Source of the DNA: Antedon mediterranea
Lineage: Eukaryota; Animalia; Echinodermata
DNA length: 64,000 nucleotides
Assembly: GCF_964355755.1 (NCBI RefSeq)
Contig: NC_092677.1
Location: 18,250,101-18,314,100, forward strand
Reading direction: 5' to 3'
Shown: piece by piece, positions 60,961-64,000 of the stretch
Position numbering within the stretch: the stretch's first letter is position 1
Layout: the number at the start of each line of letters is the position of its first letter
Program-made: the position numbers and the translations under genes
The notes under the pieces: model-generated
What the model was told of the DNA's origin: nothing
The model's input: only the letters and a program-made list of their open reading frames with translations
The model's database searches: none

Positions 60961-63900
60961 TATACAATAAATATTACTAAATTGAAATTGGAAAGAGTTC
61001 TGCCTTAATTGTTCGAACCTCTTTTACTCGTTATCGATATTGATGTTTTGTTTGTCGCATTCAATATCAACTACAATAGGCCTACTATTAACATCATTGC
61101 ACTATTTTTATAAACATATAGATTTTAGGTTCACAGATTATATCTGGTTATTTACCGTCGATGGTACTGGGAAGATACATTCATGTTGCGCTCACAAACA
61201 ATTTGTACCGTAAGTAAATTGAACACGTACTGGAAATAACTTACACATTCTACGGACATTGTTAATGGTGTAGGCCTACATTGTAGCGGTATAGAATGAT
61301 ATTGTAGTTTAAATATAAAAGCGTTTATATGAGAGATAGTAAGTTAGAAAATTCAAACAAGAATATTCAACATGGTACCTTGAAGTTTTGACTGTGTAAA
61401 AGATGTCCTCATCAGAACAATTATGTATTGCCTTCTGATGAGAGGACATGCGTTACATCGGGGAAGAGCTTCCCTGGTTACATGTTGAAATGCAAGTAGG
61501 CCTACTGTGTTGAATTTCTATTGTGCTGAAAATTAGTTTCTTTGATTTTTCTAGCTTGTATACCAGTACGTATGAACTTGTATTCGAACTGAAGAATAGC
61601 AATAGTATTTAATCTAACATTGACATTTAGTTGGTTAAAATAACATCATGGGCAATACAAAGAGAAACCCAGAGAGAATGGCGTAGGCTAATAATAACAC
61701 TTTGATACGTCACAACACAAACGCAGTCAACTGTTAATCCATGGGTTTGGAATACAATCACTCTGACATTACACAATTGATGAGTAATGGAACAACAAAG
61801 TGGCAGACCATCAGGCAGTTTTTTGAAGATTTGTTGATCACGTTTGATTTTTACCCTGCATTATCAACAATAGTGAATGTTATATAACTTCAGATAGAAT
61901 CTATGTTAGAAGTATCTTCGTTATGTTTAAATAATGTATGCGTGTATCGGCATTATTTTTCAAGTAAATGTTTATTTATCTCAAGAAGATGAACTATAAT
62001 CGATATTTTGTCTTAGTAATAACAGTAAGTTTCTGCAAAGGACAGCAATTCAATGCAACCTTAGGTAAGTAATTTTAAACTAAGTAAAACATATAACGAA
62101 TGGATATGATTTTTCTACATCTACACAGTAGGCTAGGCTTAAAACGCTTGTGTTGTTATTTAGCCTACCGTTATGGTTTCAATTCCGAATCTTTGTTTGT
62201 TGTTCATTCAACCATTTAAATGGGGTTTAGGCAGTGAAGTTGCATTGAAAGATTATTCAACAGTGGAACACTGTATATCTTTTAAGCTGTGTGTAGGACC
62301 CCATTAATTGTTGTTACATATAAAGTAATACAAAATAAGAACCATATATAGTAAATTGTACTGTTTATGCAGGGAGGTATACTCCCTGGTTTATGTTTTG
62401 TTGATAAAAATGGTGTATCATTAGAAACCTTAACTTCTTTATGTTGCAAATTACCTTTCTTTACTTACCTACTTACTTACTTAGTTACTTAGTCCAGGAC
62501 ATATCCGAACTTATTAGACGCTTATAGATAAACCAGGTCTACCTTTAAAGTTACATCAAACAAGTTGTGAAGGAATTCAATTTATCTTTTCTGAGGAATT
62601 TAGCCTAAACTTTAAAAAAAATGAGATACTGTGAGTAAGGGTTATAACTTGATGCATCTCCGAGAGTGTTAGGCAAAGGGAGGTGGTGGTGCTGGCCAAT
62701 CCTATGAATAAAATGGGTAGGCCTACAAGATCATTTTTGGTGATTTCTTATTTAGATCTAAATGTGAGTTTTCCCAAATCCTAGTTACGGCACTGTGTAA
62801 AGTGTAAATCAATACAGTAGGATTGTGAACTCCTTTGTTACAAGTGCATACAATTTATCAATACTTGTAAAGTTTACATAAGGTATACCGTATAATATAC
62901 AGTTACTGTCTATTGTATATGACAATGGTAAATCTTGAATACGGTTCATACTACAAATTTCATTTGAACCAAGAGCCACATATGTATATCTCATAGGGTT
63001 TAATTTTAGCCATTATTACCAGGCAACCATGTGACGATTATTTTAAATTTTCTCAGCTATGTAACAAACGAAAGAAAACATACTGTAACTATGGTCTTGT
63101 GGTACAGTACAGTAGGCCTATATTATAGGAGTGCATATTAGGCGTAGAGGTATATTTTAGTTACGTAAATAATTTAACACTTTTATTTAAAACTTCTATT
63201 TATAGATTTTAAAGTTGCTGTTTATAAATTAAGATAAGTCCATTTCTTTTAAATTTACTTATCCTTGCTTTTCATCAATTCCAGGATCAAACATTTTTCT
63301 ACGTTAATATAATGTATGACTGCACTAATTTGCCAAAAGTGAAAATAGTCTGAAGCAATTCGTAATACTTTTATGCGATCTTTCAGTTTGGTTCATTATA
63401 ATGTATTGCCTAATATGGTAGTTGAGTAGCAAAACAAGTCTGTTGCACAAACATAATCGTTTGATGTAAAGCTTCCATCTATACTTGAAAGGTTGCCTAT
63501 TGTTAGTTTGATGCTTCAATTGACATGAAAATAATAACGTCCTGACAATTAAGAAAATCCGTGATTTAAAAAAAAAGACAATGGCCATTCGAACGTACAC
63601 ATTGTGTATTAGGATTTTCAAAAATTTAATTTAAAAATACATTCAGTGGTGACACAATGGTTTGCCCGATTGGGATTGAGTGTCCACATGAGTGATGCGT
63701 CAATGAAACAAATATTGAAAACAACATTTTTTAAGTCTGTTTCAGTTGTAAAATCAGCATTAACGCTAAGCCTCTCTGTACGATCAAAGCATAGCCACAT
63801 GTAATGTATTTACTTAATATTAACTTCTAATATTGATTTTCCCGCCGGAAAAACATTGTAAATATAGTTGATGCTTCCCCACTCACGATCCTTTTGAAAG

Positions 63901-64000
63901 TAGTTCAAAGGATCGACAAACATTCAACTAAACAATTACACGGCAGAAACAATTAGGTATGGGATTAGGAAAACTATATCGTATCATGTTGTAGTCCTGT

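Noticed and set aside
63325-63800. Two adjacent minus-strand ORFs near the right edge
   Set aside because: No recognisable domain or convincing splice structure.

Overview
AT-rich eukaryotic (metazoan) genomic DNA, probably from a marine invertebrate such as an echinoderm (inference from gene and repeat content). Most supplied ORFs are spurious or transposon debris, and the real genes are spliced. Three host genes were assembled by hand from GT-AG sites and intron phases. (1) A minus-strand gene from 44040 to at least 3404, with no 3' end found in the window: signal peptide - CUB - LRRNT - eight intact 72-nt single-LRR exons (all phase 2/2) plus one dead LRR exon. The array grew by tandem duplication of exon+intron cassettes, and the architecture resembles LGR/GRL101-type receptors. 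(2) A 5-exon minus-strand gene (51420-47189) encoding a 176-aa secreted ML-domain (MD-2/NPC2-like) protein, mostly invisible to the ORF track. (3) A 7-coding-exon plus-strand gene (54491-60374, ~653 aa): SRCR x3 - EGF - SRCR - TM - Pro/Gln tail, head-to-head with the ML gene. Introns are packed with nested transposons: a Gmr1-like Gypsy end, CR1, Tx1/L1, L2-group, RTE, DIRS, Harbinger MITEs, Kolobok, canonical Helitrons, Helentron-type HINEs and tRNA-derived tandem repeats. All gene models and family calls were made by eye, without searches.
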